A DNA stretch of 64,000 bases from an uncultured bacterium (GTDB lineage Bacteria > Cyanobacteriota > Vampirovibrionia > Gastranaerophilales > JAILCC01). The DNA is taken from contig CASDUJ010000021.1 in the NCBI GenBank assembly GCA_949283935.1, positions 38,396 through 102,395 of the forward strand, given 5' to 3'. Positions 10,495-19,638 of the stretch are shown here, in pieces (position 1 is the first letter of the stretch; each line of letters begins with the position of its first letter). The notes beneath the pieces were generated by a model, which was given only the letters and a program-made list of their open reading frames with translations, made no database searches and had not been told where the DNA came from. Position numbers and translations under genes: made by a program.

Positions 10495-11559
10495 ATGCTT
10501 GGGAAAGTTTTAAGTTTTTCAATCGGAATGTCTTCGAAAAATATTGTTAATGCTTGCGAAGGAGTTGGTAAAAATTTATCTGCTTATATTAAAGCAGGTA
10601 AAAAGGTTGACTTAAAAGCTTTAAGCTCTATTTATCAAAAATTTACTCCCCAAAATAATTCTGTAAAGCTAACAAGTAATGTTGAAAAGTTGAGAGAATT
10701 TTTGCTAAAAAACAAATCATCTGCAGAACAAGCTGATGCTTTTTGTTCTTCTTTACAAGCTTGTGTTGTAAAACTTCCAAAAGATGATTTATTTTTTGTT
10801 CCAATAGATAAACTTTCTCCACGAGAACTTGTTAATATTTCTACGCATGAATTTGAGCATTATCTTTACCTCAATTATTCGTCCCCTTCAAAAATAATGC
10901 GAAAATTAGGCGAAATTGCATTAAAATTATTACCTCAAAAAATCAGAGAGGATTTTTTGAAAAAAAGTATGCTCATTAACCAAAAATCCTTTAGACTTCA
11001 ACGAAATATAATGTCTGGAGTTGGGGTTACTTCTCTAAATGATATTGCACCTGGAATTTCGGTTTCGGAAAAAGGTTTGTTAAAACATTTTGGTGCGGAT
11101 TCAATGAAAAAAATAAATTTTTATTTAAGAAGAAAAGTTAGAGAAAATTTAACGAATAATCCTAATGAAAATTTACAAATTTTAAAATTCGAAAAATTTT
11201 TATTAAAAGATGAAGCACGAGCTTACAAAGTTGGTGGAAAAGCATTACGTGATTTTCTTGATGTTTCTGATGCAAATGCTTCTCAATCTGAAATTTTATC
11301 AATGTATTATGATGAAACTATAAAAGCTTTAAATGCTGAAATTAAAAATCAAAATTACCTTGCCCTTAGAAAACTATTTGGATTACCTCATAATACAAAG
11401 ATTAAAAAAAGTATCCCTAAATATGCGCGTCCCAAAAATTCTTTGTTTGCATTTGAAGAATTTGGGTGGTTACAAAATTTAAAAAATAAAAAAATTATTA
11501 ATTTAAAAAATGCCATAGAAGAGCTGAAAAAAATACCTAACGAATCTCAGAATATTTAA
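10495..11559 (+). CDS. Hypothetical protein with an HExxH motif
   Basis: 354 aa, lysine-rich. STHEFEHYLYLNYS is the only motif I recognise. It is co-oriented with the two preceding genes. Confidence 0.5.
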   Translation: MLGKVLSFSIGMSSKNIVNACEGVGKNLSAYIKAGKKVDLKALSSIYQKFTPQNNSVKLTSNVEKLREFLLKNKSSAEQADAFCSSLQACVVKLPKDDLFFVPIDKLSPRELVNISTHEFEHYLYLNYSSPSKIMRKLGEIALKLLPQKIREDFLKKSMLINQKSFRLQRNIMSGVGVTSLNDIAPGISVSEKGLLKHFGADSMKKINFYLRRKVRENLTNNPNENLQILKFEKFLLKDEARAYKVGGKALRDFLDVSDANASQSEILSMYYDETIKALNAEIKNQNYLALRKLFGLPHNTKIKKSIPKYARPKNSLFAFEEFGWLQNLKNKKIINLKNAIEELKKIPNESQNI

Positions 11560-12856
11560 TTAGTTTAGAAATATTTTTCTTCCAAGAACCTTCAAAATTT
11601 TTAATAATTATGTCAGCTGGTGTTACGTTATCTTTTAATAACTCTAAAACAGGCTCAATATATTTTTCTTCTCCTTGGTTAAATGATTTTAAACCTTCTT
11701 GGGCTATATTGACTATTTCAAATACAATATTTTTAATTTTTTTATTTTTTACTGAAAAATCTAAGCCAAAACGTGGTCCATTATGCCTAACAAATTCAAA
11801 ATCAAAATAATTGAATTCTTTTAGTAATTCATTTATTTTTTCTATACTGTTTGGGCTATACATAATTCCTTTGTATATTGCTGGTATTGCAAGAGCAATT
11901 TCTTTTTTTTGACAATCATGATTTCTTATTTCTATGTAGTTTTTTAAACGTGCATCTGGAAAAAATAAACTTAAATGTGTTTCCCAATCAGAAACTACTG
12001 CTTGATTGTTATTTAAAAATTCTCTAAATGTTTTATTCCCTAGATAATTTTTACGATTAAATATCATTGGTAAGTCTAAAAGAATTTGAGCGTAGTCGTC
12101 AAAATTAAATTCAATATTTTTTTTGAAAAGATTTTTTGAAATAAGTCCACATCTTTTGTTGTCTGTATTGAGCCAAGCTTTGGCTCTAAATGATTTGTAT
12201 TCTGTAAGTTTACCATTTCTAATTGGAGAATTTGCAAAAAATGCACAAAGAAATGGAGAAAGTTTTAATGCGGTTGATAATTTTTTTATGGCATCTTCTT
12301 CACTAGAATAGTCTATACTTACTTGAATTCCTGCTGTTTCTCTCATCATTACGTATGGCAAAGATGCTTGTTCTTTTAAATATTTAGTCATAAAACTATA
12401 ACGTGATTTGGGTATAATTTTTATTTCTGAATATGTGCTGATTGGTTGTATGCCTAATGAAAGGAATTTTATGCCCATTTCTTTTGCTATTTGGCCTGTT
12501 CTAATATTGTATGTGTCTAATTCGCTTTCTATTTCTGCAATGTAATCTTTTGGTTTTATACTGTATTCTATTTGTGCTCCAGGTTCCAAGGTTATTGCAC
12601 CTTGGTTAGAAAATAAACCTAGCATAATATTATTTTCGTAGTATGGTACTAATTTTTCACTTTTTTGTAATTTTGTTAAAAAATCTAACATCCCATTTTT
12701 AAAGAAAAATTCTATGCATTTAAATGTTTTTTCGTTAATAGGAATTTTTTCAAATTCTACGCCAAGTTTTTGACTTTGCTTTATGCCTTTTTTAAATATT
12801 TCTGTTAATTGTGTTGAAGATGTAATAATTTCTTGTTCTCTTGTGAGAGTATTCAT
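11537..12856 (-). CDS. gshA: Glutamate-cysteine ligase, GCS2 (plant/cyanobacterial) type
   Basis: About 439 aa, resembling the GCS2 family (G.E.E......TLEPG.Q.E.S, FFPD.RLK.YIE.R). The ATG at 12856 with AAGGAG 7 nt upstream is preferred over the GTG at 12874. Confidence 0.75.
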   Translation of the reverse strand: MNTLTREQEIITSSTQLTEIFKKGIKQSQKLGVEFEKIPINEKTFKCIEFFFKNGMLDFLTKLQKSEKLVPYYENNIMLGLFSNQGAITLEPGAQIEYSIKPKDYIAEIESELDTYNIRTGQIAKEMGIKFLSLGIQPISTYSEIKIIPKSRYSFMTKYLKEQASLPYVMMRETAGIQVSIDYSSEEDAIKKLSTALKLSPFLCAFFANSPIRNGKLTEYKSFRAKAWLNTDNKRCGLISKNLFKKNIEFNFDDYAQILLDLPMIFNRKNYLGNKTFREFLNNNQAVVSDWETHLSLFFPDARLKNYIEIRNHDCQKKEIALAIPAIYKGIMYSPNSIEKINELLKEFNYFDFEFVRHNGPRFGLDFSVKNKKIKNIVFEIVNIAQEGLKSFNQGEEKYIEPVLELLKDNVTPADIIIKNFEGSWKKNISKLIKYSEIR

Positions 12857-12949
12857 AAATTTGCTCCTTGTCACAATTTTAGCATGAACTATTTATGTTT
12901 ATTCTTTTTAGTTTAAAATAATATAAAATACTTTTGGAAAAATTAACCA

Positions 12950-13792
12950 ATGGATTACATTACAAGAGCTAAAAAGTTTAGAGCTAAAAAAAAATTAGGA
13001 CAAAATTTTTTAATTGATAACTCCGCAATTGATTTTATTATTGAAAATGCTAATATCAATGAAAATGATGCGGTTTTAGAAATTGGTGCTGGCTTAGGAT
13101 TTGTTACGGAAAAACTTGCTCAAAAAGCTAAAAAAGTCTATGCCGTTGAAATAGATAAAGATGCTATATGTGAATTGGAAAAATTACCGTATGAAAATAT
13201 TGAAATAATTGAGCAAGACATTTTGAAAATTGATATTAGCCAATATGCAAAAAATTCAAAAATTAAAATTATTGCTAATATTCCCTATTACATTACTAGT
13301 CCTATTCTTGCTCATTTATTAGGTGAAATTGATGATGAAAATAATTTGAACCGTAATTCAATTAGTCTAATTTTGCTTATGGTTCAATATGAAGTTGCTA
13401 AAAGAATTTGTGCCTCAAATAATTCTAAAAATAAAGATTATGGAGCTTTGTCAATTTTATGTAATTTTTATTCTGATACTATGTATCTTGAAAAAATTTC
13501 TTCAAAATCTTTTTTCCCTTCACCTAAAGTAGATTCTGCAATAATAAAAATACTACCCTCTTTATCTGAAAAATATTTGGTGAAAAATAAAAAACTTCTG
13601 AGAAAAATTGTTTCTACTGCTTTTAAATTTAGACGAAAAACATTGAAAAATGCTCTTATGCTTGGAGGCTTTTCAAAAAATGATATTGAGCAAGTTTATC
13701 AAAAATTATCGATTTCTCCTAATATAAGAGGAGAAAATCTTTCTATCAATAAATTTGTTGAAATTTCAGATGAATTAAATAATTTGTTATGA
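12950..13792 (+). CDS. rsmA: 16S rRNA (adenine1518/1519-N6)-dimethyltransferase
   Basis: KKKLGQNFLID, the SAM-binding motif LEIGAGLGFVT, and NIPYYITSPIL. Confidence 0.9.
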   Translation: MDYITRAKKFRAKKKLGQNFLIDNSAIDFIIENANINENDAVLEIGAGLGFVTEKLAQKAKKVYAVEIDKDAICELEKLPYENIEIIEQDILKIDISQYAKNSKIKIIANIPYYITSPILAHLLGEIDDENNLNRNSISLILLMVQYEVAKRICASNNSKNKDYGALSILCNFYSDTMYLEKISSKSFFPSPKVDSAIIKILPSLSEKYLVKNKKLLRKIVSTAFKFRRKTLKNALMLGGFSKNDIEQVYQKLSISPNIRGENLSINKFVEISDELNNLL

Positions 13793-13859
13793 AATTTTGA
13801 TTATGTAATTTTTTCTATCTTCTGTTATAATTTTCTTAAATAAAAATTGAGGGAATTTT

Positions 13860-14090
13860 ATGAAATTAAAAGCTCAAAGTTTAATTGAATTTGCTATTAT
13901 ATTAATGGTTGTCACAGCTATTGCAATTATTTCTTTGCAGATTATTAGTAACAAAATTAATTCTTCTTCATACAAAGATGAAACTTTTCTTGAGGAGAAT
14001 ATTCCTGATTCTGTTTCAACAGAAGAAGCTAATTGTACAAAAATGGGGCTTTCTTGGGATAAACAAAATGGGGTTTGTGAAGCTAAATAA
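13860..14090 (+). CDS. Small pilin-like / class III signal peptide-like protein
   Basis: 76 aa. MKLKAQS-LIEFAIILMVVTAIAIISLQII combines a short basic leader, Glu at about +5 and a hydrophobic helix. The C-terminal Cys pair is NCTKMGLSWDKQNGVC. RBS GAGGGA upstream. Confidence 0.5.
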   Translation: MKLKAQSLIEFAIILMVVTAIAIISLQIISNKINSSSYKDETFLEENIPDSVSTEEANCTKMGLSWDKQNGVCEAK

Positions 14091-15381
14091 GACCTAGTCT
14101 TTTGTATATTGCGTCAATGTTTTTTAAGTAATCTTTTATTAAAAATAATTTGTTTACTTCCTTTTTTGTTAAGTATTTTGATATTTCTGGGTCTTTTAAT
14201 AAATTTTCTTTGAAATTGCCTGCTGGTTTTCCCCAAGCGTTTAAGGCATTTTTTTGTACTATTTTGTATGCTTCTTCTCTAGATAGTCCTTTTTCTACAA
14301 GAGCCAAAAGAATTTTTTGCGAAAAAATACATCCTCCAAATAATGTTGTGTTTTCTAACATCTTTTTTTCATTGATTACAAGATTCTCTAATAAATTTGA
14401 AAATCTTGTTAGCATGTAATCTATTAAAATAGTACTATCCGGAAAAATGATTCTTTCTGCGCTGCTGTGGCTTATATCTCGTTCATGCCACAAAACCACA
14501 TTTTCAAGTGCGGCAAATGAATTTGCTCTTACTATTCTTGCTAAACCTGTTAAATTTTCTCCTGATATAGGATTCTTTTTATGAGGCATCGCAGAAGACC
14601 CTTTTTGTCCTTTGCTAAAACCTTCTTCAACTTCAAGTACTTCACTTCTTTGTAAATGTCTTAGTTCTACTGCAAATTGTTCTATTGTGCTGGCAATTAG
14701 AGCTAAAACTTGTAAATAATTTGCATGCAAATCTCTTTGAATTATTTGGGTAGAAATACTGGCAGGTTTTAGACCTAATATTTGGCAAGATATTTTTTCT
14801 ATTTCAGGAGAAATATTGCTGTATGTTCCTACAGGTCCTGAAATTTGCCCTGTAGCAATTTCATTTTTTGCGTAAGTAAATCTTTGCAAATTTCTTTTCA
14901 TAATTTCTAGCCAATTACATAACTTTAGTCCAAAAGTCATTGGTTCGGCATGTATTCCGTGAGATCTGCCTATACATATGGTTTCTTTGTATTGAAGTGC
15001 TTTTTGGGCTAGTAAGTTTATTAAATTTTTCAAGTCTTTTTCTATAATTGCATTGGCTTGTTTTAATTGTAAGGCGAGAGCTGTATCTATTACATCTGAA
15101 CTTGTTAGACCTACATGTATGAAACGTGAATTTACTCCTACGTGTTCATTTACGTTTGTGAGAAATGCGATGAAATCATGTTTTACTTCAGCTTCAATTT
15201 CTTCTATTCTTTTAATTTCAAAACTTGCTTTTGTTTTTATTTCATCTAAAATTTCTTTGCTTATTAATCCGGTTTTTTGGTAAGCTTCACATACGGCAAG
15301 TTCTACTTGTAAATATGTTTGAAATTTATTCTCAATACTCCAAATTTTTTTCATTTCCGTTTTGGAATAACGATCTATCAT
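14083..15381 (-). CDS. purB: Adenylosuccinate lyase
   Basis: MIDRYSKTEM start (ATG at 15381, GAGGAA upstream; the track ORF extends to a GTG at 15417). It carries the fumarate-lyase signature GSSAMPHKKNP. Confidence 0.92.
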   Translation of the reverse strand: MIDRYSKTEMKKIWSIENKFQTYLQVELAVCEAYQKTGLISKEILDEIKTKASFEIKRIEEIEAEVKHDFIAFLTNVNEHVGVNSRFIHVGLTSSDVIDTALALQLKQANAIIEKDLKNLINLLAQKALQYKETICIGRSHGIHAEPMTFGLKLCNWLEIMKRNLQRFTYAKNEIATGQISGPVGTYSNISPEIEKISCQILGLKPASISTQIIQRDLHANYLQVLALIASTIEQFAVELRHLQRSEVLEVEEGFSKGQKGSSAMPHKKNPISGENLTGLARIVRANSFAALENVVLWHERDISHSSAERIIFPDSTILIDYMLTRFSNLLENLVINEKKMLENTTLFGGCIFSQKILLALVEKGLSREEAYKIVQKNALNAWGKPAGNFKENLLKDPEISKYLTKKEVNKLFLIKDYLKNIDAIYKRLGLI

Positions 15382-15435
15382 AATTTCCTCAATATCTTTT
15401 TGTATTGAGTTTAGCACAAAAACTTTGCGAAAGCT

Positions 15436-16560
15436 CTACTTTTTTTTACGTTTTTTCTGGTTTAGTTCAATTTGTCTTTTTGAATTGTTTAGTGATAGTT
15501 TAATTAATGGTTTTTTTGAATAATTGTCAAAAAATACTAACCATAATTTTTGCTTTGGATTGTCTACTGCAAATGAAACTTTTCCTGCTATCCTTCCATT
15601 TGGAGGTATTTTTTTGAACCACATTTGTGTGTCGCCAAATGGTGAAGAATAATATATTGCGTAATTTTCATTTATTAATGCCATATCAAATGTTGAAAAA
15701 GTTTTTTGAGTTTTATTTACTATAGTTAATCCTAATGTGATAGTGTTTGGTTCTCCAAATGGGTCTTTTTCTAATTTTACGCTTGTTATTTTTACTTGTA
15801 GTTTGTCGTTTAGTAATTCGTCTTCAATTAAAGCTTCTTCGTGAAAGACGGGAAGATTAAGATTTGCAAGCATTTTCACATTTATTTCATCTCCAGGAGC
15901 CAAAAGAACTTGGTCTCCTTTCTTTGACATGGCTATACCCAGTCCAACAACTGCACCTAGAGCTGCTCCTCCTGCTATTGTATATCCATGACTTGCTACA
16001 GCACCTACTAAACCAAATGTGTTTAGAGCAGCTAAACTTCCCACAGCTCCTCCTCCAAGTGCATAACCGGCATGTTCGGCCGTTACTATTGCAGCATTTT
16101 TAATTGGATGTCTTTTGGTCGTCATAGTTGCATTAATAGGTATTTCCCTTCCATCAGGAGTGGCAATATAGTCAAAAACAAGTGTTACATTTGCATCTCT
16201 ACTAAATCTTTTAGGCTCTATTATTTCAATAATTGTTCCATGTGCTATGCTGCCTGAGGGAATTACTACGCCCTTTTCTGTTCTTATATCATTTGTTATT
16301 TCTGCAAAAAATTCATCTCCCTCCAAATTATCTTCAGAATTTATGATATTTGATACTACCATTGAAATTTTTGTACCTTTTTCAACTATTCCTCTTTTCT
16401 CTGATAAAATTTCAGGATCTTCTTTTAATTCTTCATTAATTTCGGCATATCCTTGAAAAACATATCCACTTGAAGATTCAGTAGCTTTAATTTCACAAAT
16501 ATTAAATGTGCAAAAAGCACACACAAAAGATATAAAACATACCACAATCCTTTTGAACAT
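15436..16560 (-). CDS. Secreted envelope protein: TrbI/VirB10-like beta-barrel segment, glycine-zipper region and a C-terminal DUF4352-like Ig domain
   Basis: Signal peptide. GTKISMVVSNIINSEDNLEGDEFFAEITNDI..KGVVIPSGSIAHGTI......R.ANVTLVFDYIATPDGREIPI follows the TrbI/VirB10 C-domain pattern. The glycine zipper is GGGAVGSLAAL..GLVGAVASHGYTIAGGAALGAVVGLGIA. Domain names come from pattern memory only. Confidence 0.5.
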   Translation of the reverse strand: MFKRIVVCFISFVCAFCTFNICEIKATESSSGYVFQGYAEINEELKEDPEILSEKRGIVEKGTKISMVVSNIINSEDNLEGDEFFAEITNDIRTEKGVVIPSGSIAHGTIIEIIEPKRFSRDANVTLVFDYIATPDGREIPINATMTTKRHPIKNAAIVTAEHAGYALGGGAVGSLAALNTFGLVGAVASHGYTIAGGAALGAVVGLGIAMSKKGDQVLLAPGDEINVKMLANLNLPVFHEEALIEDELLNDKLQVKITSVKLEKDPFGEPNTITLGLTIVNKTQKTFSTFDMALINENYAIYYSSPFGDTQMWFKKIPPNGRIAGKVSFAVDNPKQKLWLVFFDNYSKKPLIKLSLNNSKRQIELNQKKRKKK

Positions 16561-16734
16561 TTTTCCCCAAGCATTTATCTAACTCCAATTTTATGATACT
16601 TCATTTTGAAAAAAAATTCATCCCTTAATTAGTTGAAGTACTTTTAAATTTTTCTTTGTTTTGACTGTATTTTTCATTTGAATAAATTTTATTTTTCCTT
16701 TACGATGTAAATGTATTCAAAATAAAACTGTATA

Positions 16735-17685
16735 ATGACTAAACCTAATGATCACTTTTTATCGGATTTGGCAAAGCAATTTAAAATTGCCCAGAATCTC
16801 CCTGCTCAAGAGCATATAAAACTTCTTAAAAAGCTAGAAAAACTTGAAAGTGAAAAATTATGTTTGATTTTGAATTATTTTCTTACTGTTGAAACTAATC
16901 CGGAGGTTTTAATTTATATAGTTAAAACTGTTTCCAAATTTCAAAATGACTTAACTATTGATATATTAACTGATATGATTTTGAATCAAAAGTATGAAAA
17001 TTCTGAAATAATTACGAAATTAAAATGTGAAATAGCCAATGCATTAGGACAATCAAAAAATTCTTCTTGCGTTTTGCCTTTACTTTATGTCCTAAACAAC
17101 AAAAATGAAAATTATAAGTTAAGGTTAGCTTGTGCTGAAGCTTTAGGCAGAATAGGAAGTTCTTATGCTGTTACTCCTTTGATTGAAGTAGTTACTGATG
17201 ATGAAGAAAAATCCATGTATTTGAGAGAATCTGCTGCTAAAGCTCTTGGAATGCTTGGAGATATTAGAGCTATTGAGCCTCTTGCTAATATTCTTGAAAA
17301 TCGTAATGGTTTGTTTGGTAGATTTACTTTTTTAAAGGAAAGAATCATTGAAACATTAGGAAGACTTGGGCAATATGGTGATGAAAAATCAATAAGAGCT
17401 TTGAAAAATGCCTTAGAAGATGAATCTCCTACTGTTCGAAGTGGTGCTATTGAAGCTTTAAGTGAAATAGAAGATGAAAAAATTATTCCATTAATTGAAA
17501 AAATGCTTGAAGACAAAGACGAAACTGTTGCAAGAACTGCTGTATTTTCTTTATATGAAATTTTGGGTAAAGATTATATTAAATCTTTGCTGAATACTTC
17601 AAGCATACAAGAATGTTGTATTGATGAAATAAAAAGTATTTTGGCTGATGATGCAGATATTGAGGTAGAAGTGAATGACAAGTAA
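16735..17685 (+). CDS. HEAT-repeat (PBS-lyase-type) protein
   Basis: Repeated units of the type R..AA.ALG..GD..AI.PL...L.D (e.g. LRLACAEALGRIGSSYAVTPLIEVV, VRSGAIEALSEIEDEKIIPLIEKML). Confidence 0.7.
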   Translation: MTKPNDHFLSDLAKQFKIAQNLPAQEHIKLLKKLEKLESEKLCLILNYFLTVETNPEVLIYIVKTVSKFQNDLTIDILTDMILNQKYENSEIITKLKCEIANALGQSKNSSCVLPLLYVLNNKNENYKLRLACAEALGRIGSSYAVTPLIEVVTDDEEKSMYLRESAAKALGMLGDIRAIEPLANILENRNGLFGRFTFLKERIIETLGRLGQYGDEKSIRALKNALEDESPTVRSGAIEALSEIEDEKIIPLIEKMLEDKDETVARTAVFSLYEILGKDYIKSLLNTSSIQECCIDEIKSILADDADIEVEVNDK

Positions 17686-18367
17686 ATCTATTATTCTTTT
17701 ATCTGGCGGACTTGATAGTGCTGTGAGTCTTGCTGTTTGTAAAGAGAAAGAAAATATTGAACTTGCTTTATTTTTTGATTATGGGCAAAAATCTTTTGAA
17801 CAAGAAAAACAAGCTGTCCAAAAATTCTCAGAATATTATAATATTAAGCACGAAATAATTAATTTGAATTGGCTAAAAAAGATTACAAATACAGCTTTAG
17901 TGAACACTACAAAAAAAATTCCTGTTTTGCAAAATGACGATTTAGATAATCAAATCATAACAAATATCTCTGCTAACAAAGTTTGGGTTCCTAATAGAAA
18001 TGGACTTTTTATAAATATTGCTGCTTGTTATTCAGATAGTTTTGGTTTCGAAAAAATTATTATTGGGGCAAATAAAGAAGAAGGAACTACTTTTTCTGAT
18101 AATTCTGCGGATTTTGTAGAAAAAATTAATGATTCTTTATTTTTTTCTACAAAAATAAAGCCTAAAGTTATTGCTCCTTTAATTAATTTAGATAAAACTG
18201 AAATAATTAAGCTTGGAAAATCTGTGAATCTTCCATTTGCTTTTATAAGAAGTTGTTATTCTGATAGTGAATATCATTGTGGAATTTGTGAATCTTGTAA
18301 ACGTTTAAAAAGGGGACTTGAAAGAGCAAATTTATTTGATATTGTTAATTTACTGTTTAAAAATTAG
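17675..18367 (+). CDS. queC: 7-cyano-7-deazaguanine synthase
   Basis: PP-loop LLSGGLDSAV and a C-terminal Zn-cluster CYSD...HCGICESCKRLKRG. It overlaps the HEAT gene by 11 nt. Confidence 0.9.
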   Translation: MTSKSIILLSGGLDSAVSLAVCKEKENIELALFFDYGQKSFEQEKQAVQKFSEYYNIKHEIINLNWLKKITNTALVNTTKKIPVLQNDDLDNQIITNISANKVWVPNRNGLFINIAACYSDSFGFEKIIIGANKEEGTTFSDNSADFVEKINDSLFFSTKIKPKVIAPLINLDKTEIIKLGKSVNLPFAFIRSCYSDSEYHCGICESCKRLKRGLERANLFDIVNLLFKN

Positions 18368-18375
18368 GAGTCAAT

Positions 18376-18942
18376 ATGAAAAGTCGTTTTTTAGATACTG
18401 AAATAATATACAATGGAAGTCAACTTTGTCCATCTTGGATTTACAAAAATTATTGGATTAAAGGAGATGCAATTGTTGCTTTTACAGGTGAATGTAATCT
18501 TACTATTGATGATATGGTAGACATTGAAGATTATTTAAATAATTCTCCTATATATAGTAAAAAAATGTTAAGCTTTATTATAGAGCATTTTAATATTGGT
18601 TTACTCGAAGGAGTTGTAAGACAACGTTTGTTTATGTGTATAGTTTCTGAAGTTATCAAATCTTATTTGCCAAAAGACCATATAATTATGAGAAGAGGAG
18701 ACGATTTGTTTTATAATGGAGGTAAATTAAGTGTTTCAATTTGTACCAAGTCTTTAACTTCAGTTCTTATGCATGTTGGGATAAATATTGATTCTGAAAA
18801 TACTCCGGTTAAAGCGGCAGGTCTCGAAACTGATATGGGCTTGACAAATATTAGACAAATAGCAGAAGATATTATGAATAAATATATTCTTGAATGTGAA
18901 CAAATAATAGATGCTTCTACCAAAGTTAGAGGAGTTTATTAA
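18376..18942 (+). CDS. Conserved hypothetical protein (possibly DUF366-like), co-operonic with queC
   Basis: 188-aa ORF starting 9 nt after queC with AGGAG upstream. The family assignment is tentative and from memory only. Confidence 0.45.
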   Translation: MKSRFLDTEIIYNGSQLCPSWIYKNYWIKGDAIVAFTGECNLTIDDMVDIEDYLNNSPIYSKKMLSFIIEHFNIGLLEGVVRQRLFMCIVSEVIKSYLPKDHIIMRRGDDLFYNGGKLSVSICTKSLTSVLMHVGINIDSENTPVKAAGLETDMGLTNIRQIAEDIMNKYILECEQIIDASTKVRGVY

Positions 18943-18945
18943 GAT

Positions 18946-19635
18946 ATGAAAAAAAATGAAATTCAATCAAACAAAAAGAACGAAAACAAACGTAAAATAA
19001 TTAATCTTTCTCTTGTTGTTTTTGCAATTTCCATTGTTGTTTTTACTGTTATTGGTGCACTTGTGCTTGATAATTTTTCACATTTACAACAAGTAGAAGA
19101 ATTAACAACTGTGGAAGACGACACATATAAAGGTGAAATTGATGATCGTTTACGTTTTATAGCCATGCAAGATGACGACAAAATATCATTAAAAGAAACA
19201 GAAGAAATTTCCGCAGAGGAAGTAGTAAATGAACCTGAAGAAATTGCTGCTTTTTTAGAAAATGATGAAATTAAAAAGACTAAATTTACTGAATATAATG
19301 AAAAATTTAGAAAAAAAGATTCAACTGAAACAGATATAAATAATACTCAAAATGCTGAAGAAGAAATAAATTTGGATGATATTCCATACAAAAAGGAAGT
19401 TCCGGTTGTCTCTCCATTGAATATGAAAGTTGTAATAGGAGATTTTGATTCGAAAGAAGCTGCTATGGCTGAATTAGAACAAGTACGTTCGCAGTTTACA
19501 GCTCCACCTTTTATAAAAGTTATAAATGGAAGGTATGCAATTCAAGTGGCGGCTTTTAAAACTCCTGATACAGCTTATGAATTTGTAAACTCTTTACGTC
19601 AACAAGGTTTTAGCGCTAGAATAATTGAGGAATAG
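18946..19635 (+). CDS. SPOR-domain membrane protein (septal peptidoglycan binding)
   Basis: N-terminal TM, an acidic linker, and a C-terminal domain VVIGDFDSKEAAMAELEQV....FIKVINGRYAIQVAAFKTPDTAYEFVNSLRQQGFSARI, which is typical of SPOR domains. Confidence 0.75.
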   Translation: MKKNEIQSNKKNENKRKIINLSLVVFAISIVVFTVIGALVLDNFSHLQQVEELTTVEDDTYKGEIDDRLRFIAMQDDDKISLKETEEISAEEVVNEPEEIAAFLENDEIKKTKFTEYNEKFRKKDSTETDINNTQNAEEEINLDDIPYKKEVPVVSPLNMKVVIGDFDSKEAAMAELEQVRSQFTAPPFIKVINGRYAIQVAAFKTPDTAYEFVNSLRQQGFSARIIEE

Positions 19636-19638
19636 ATA

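Noticed and set aside
15436-16560. I considered reading the TrbI/VirB10-like proteins as evidence of a conjugative element or type IV secretion island.
   Set aside because: No other T4SS, relaxase, integrase or transposase genes occur in the window. The flanking genes are housekeeping (purB, rfbA, ppdK), and I noticed no compositional break by eye.
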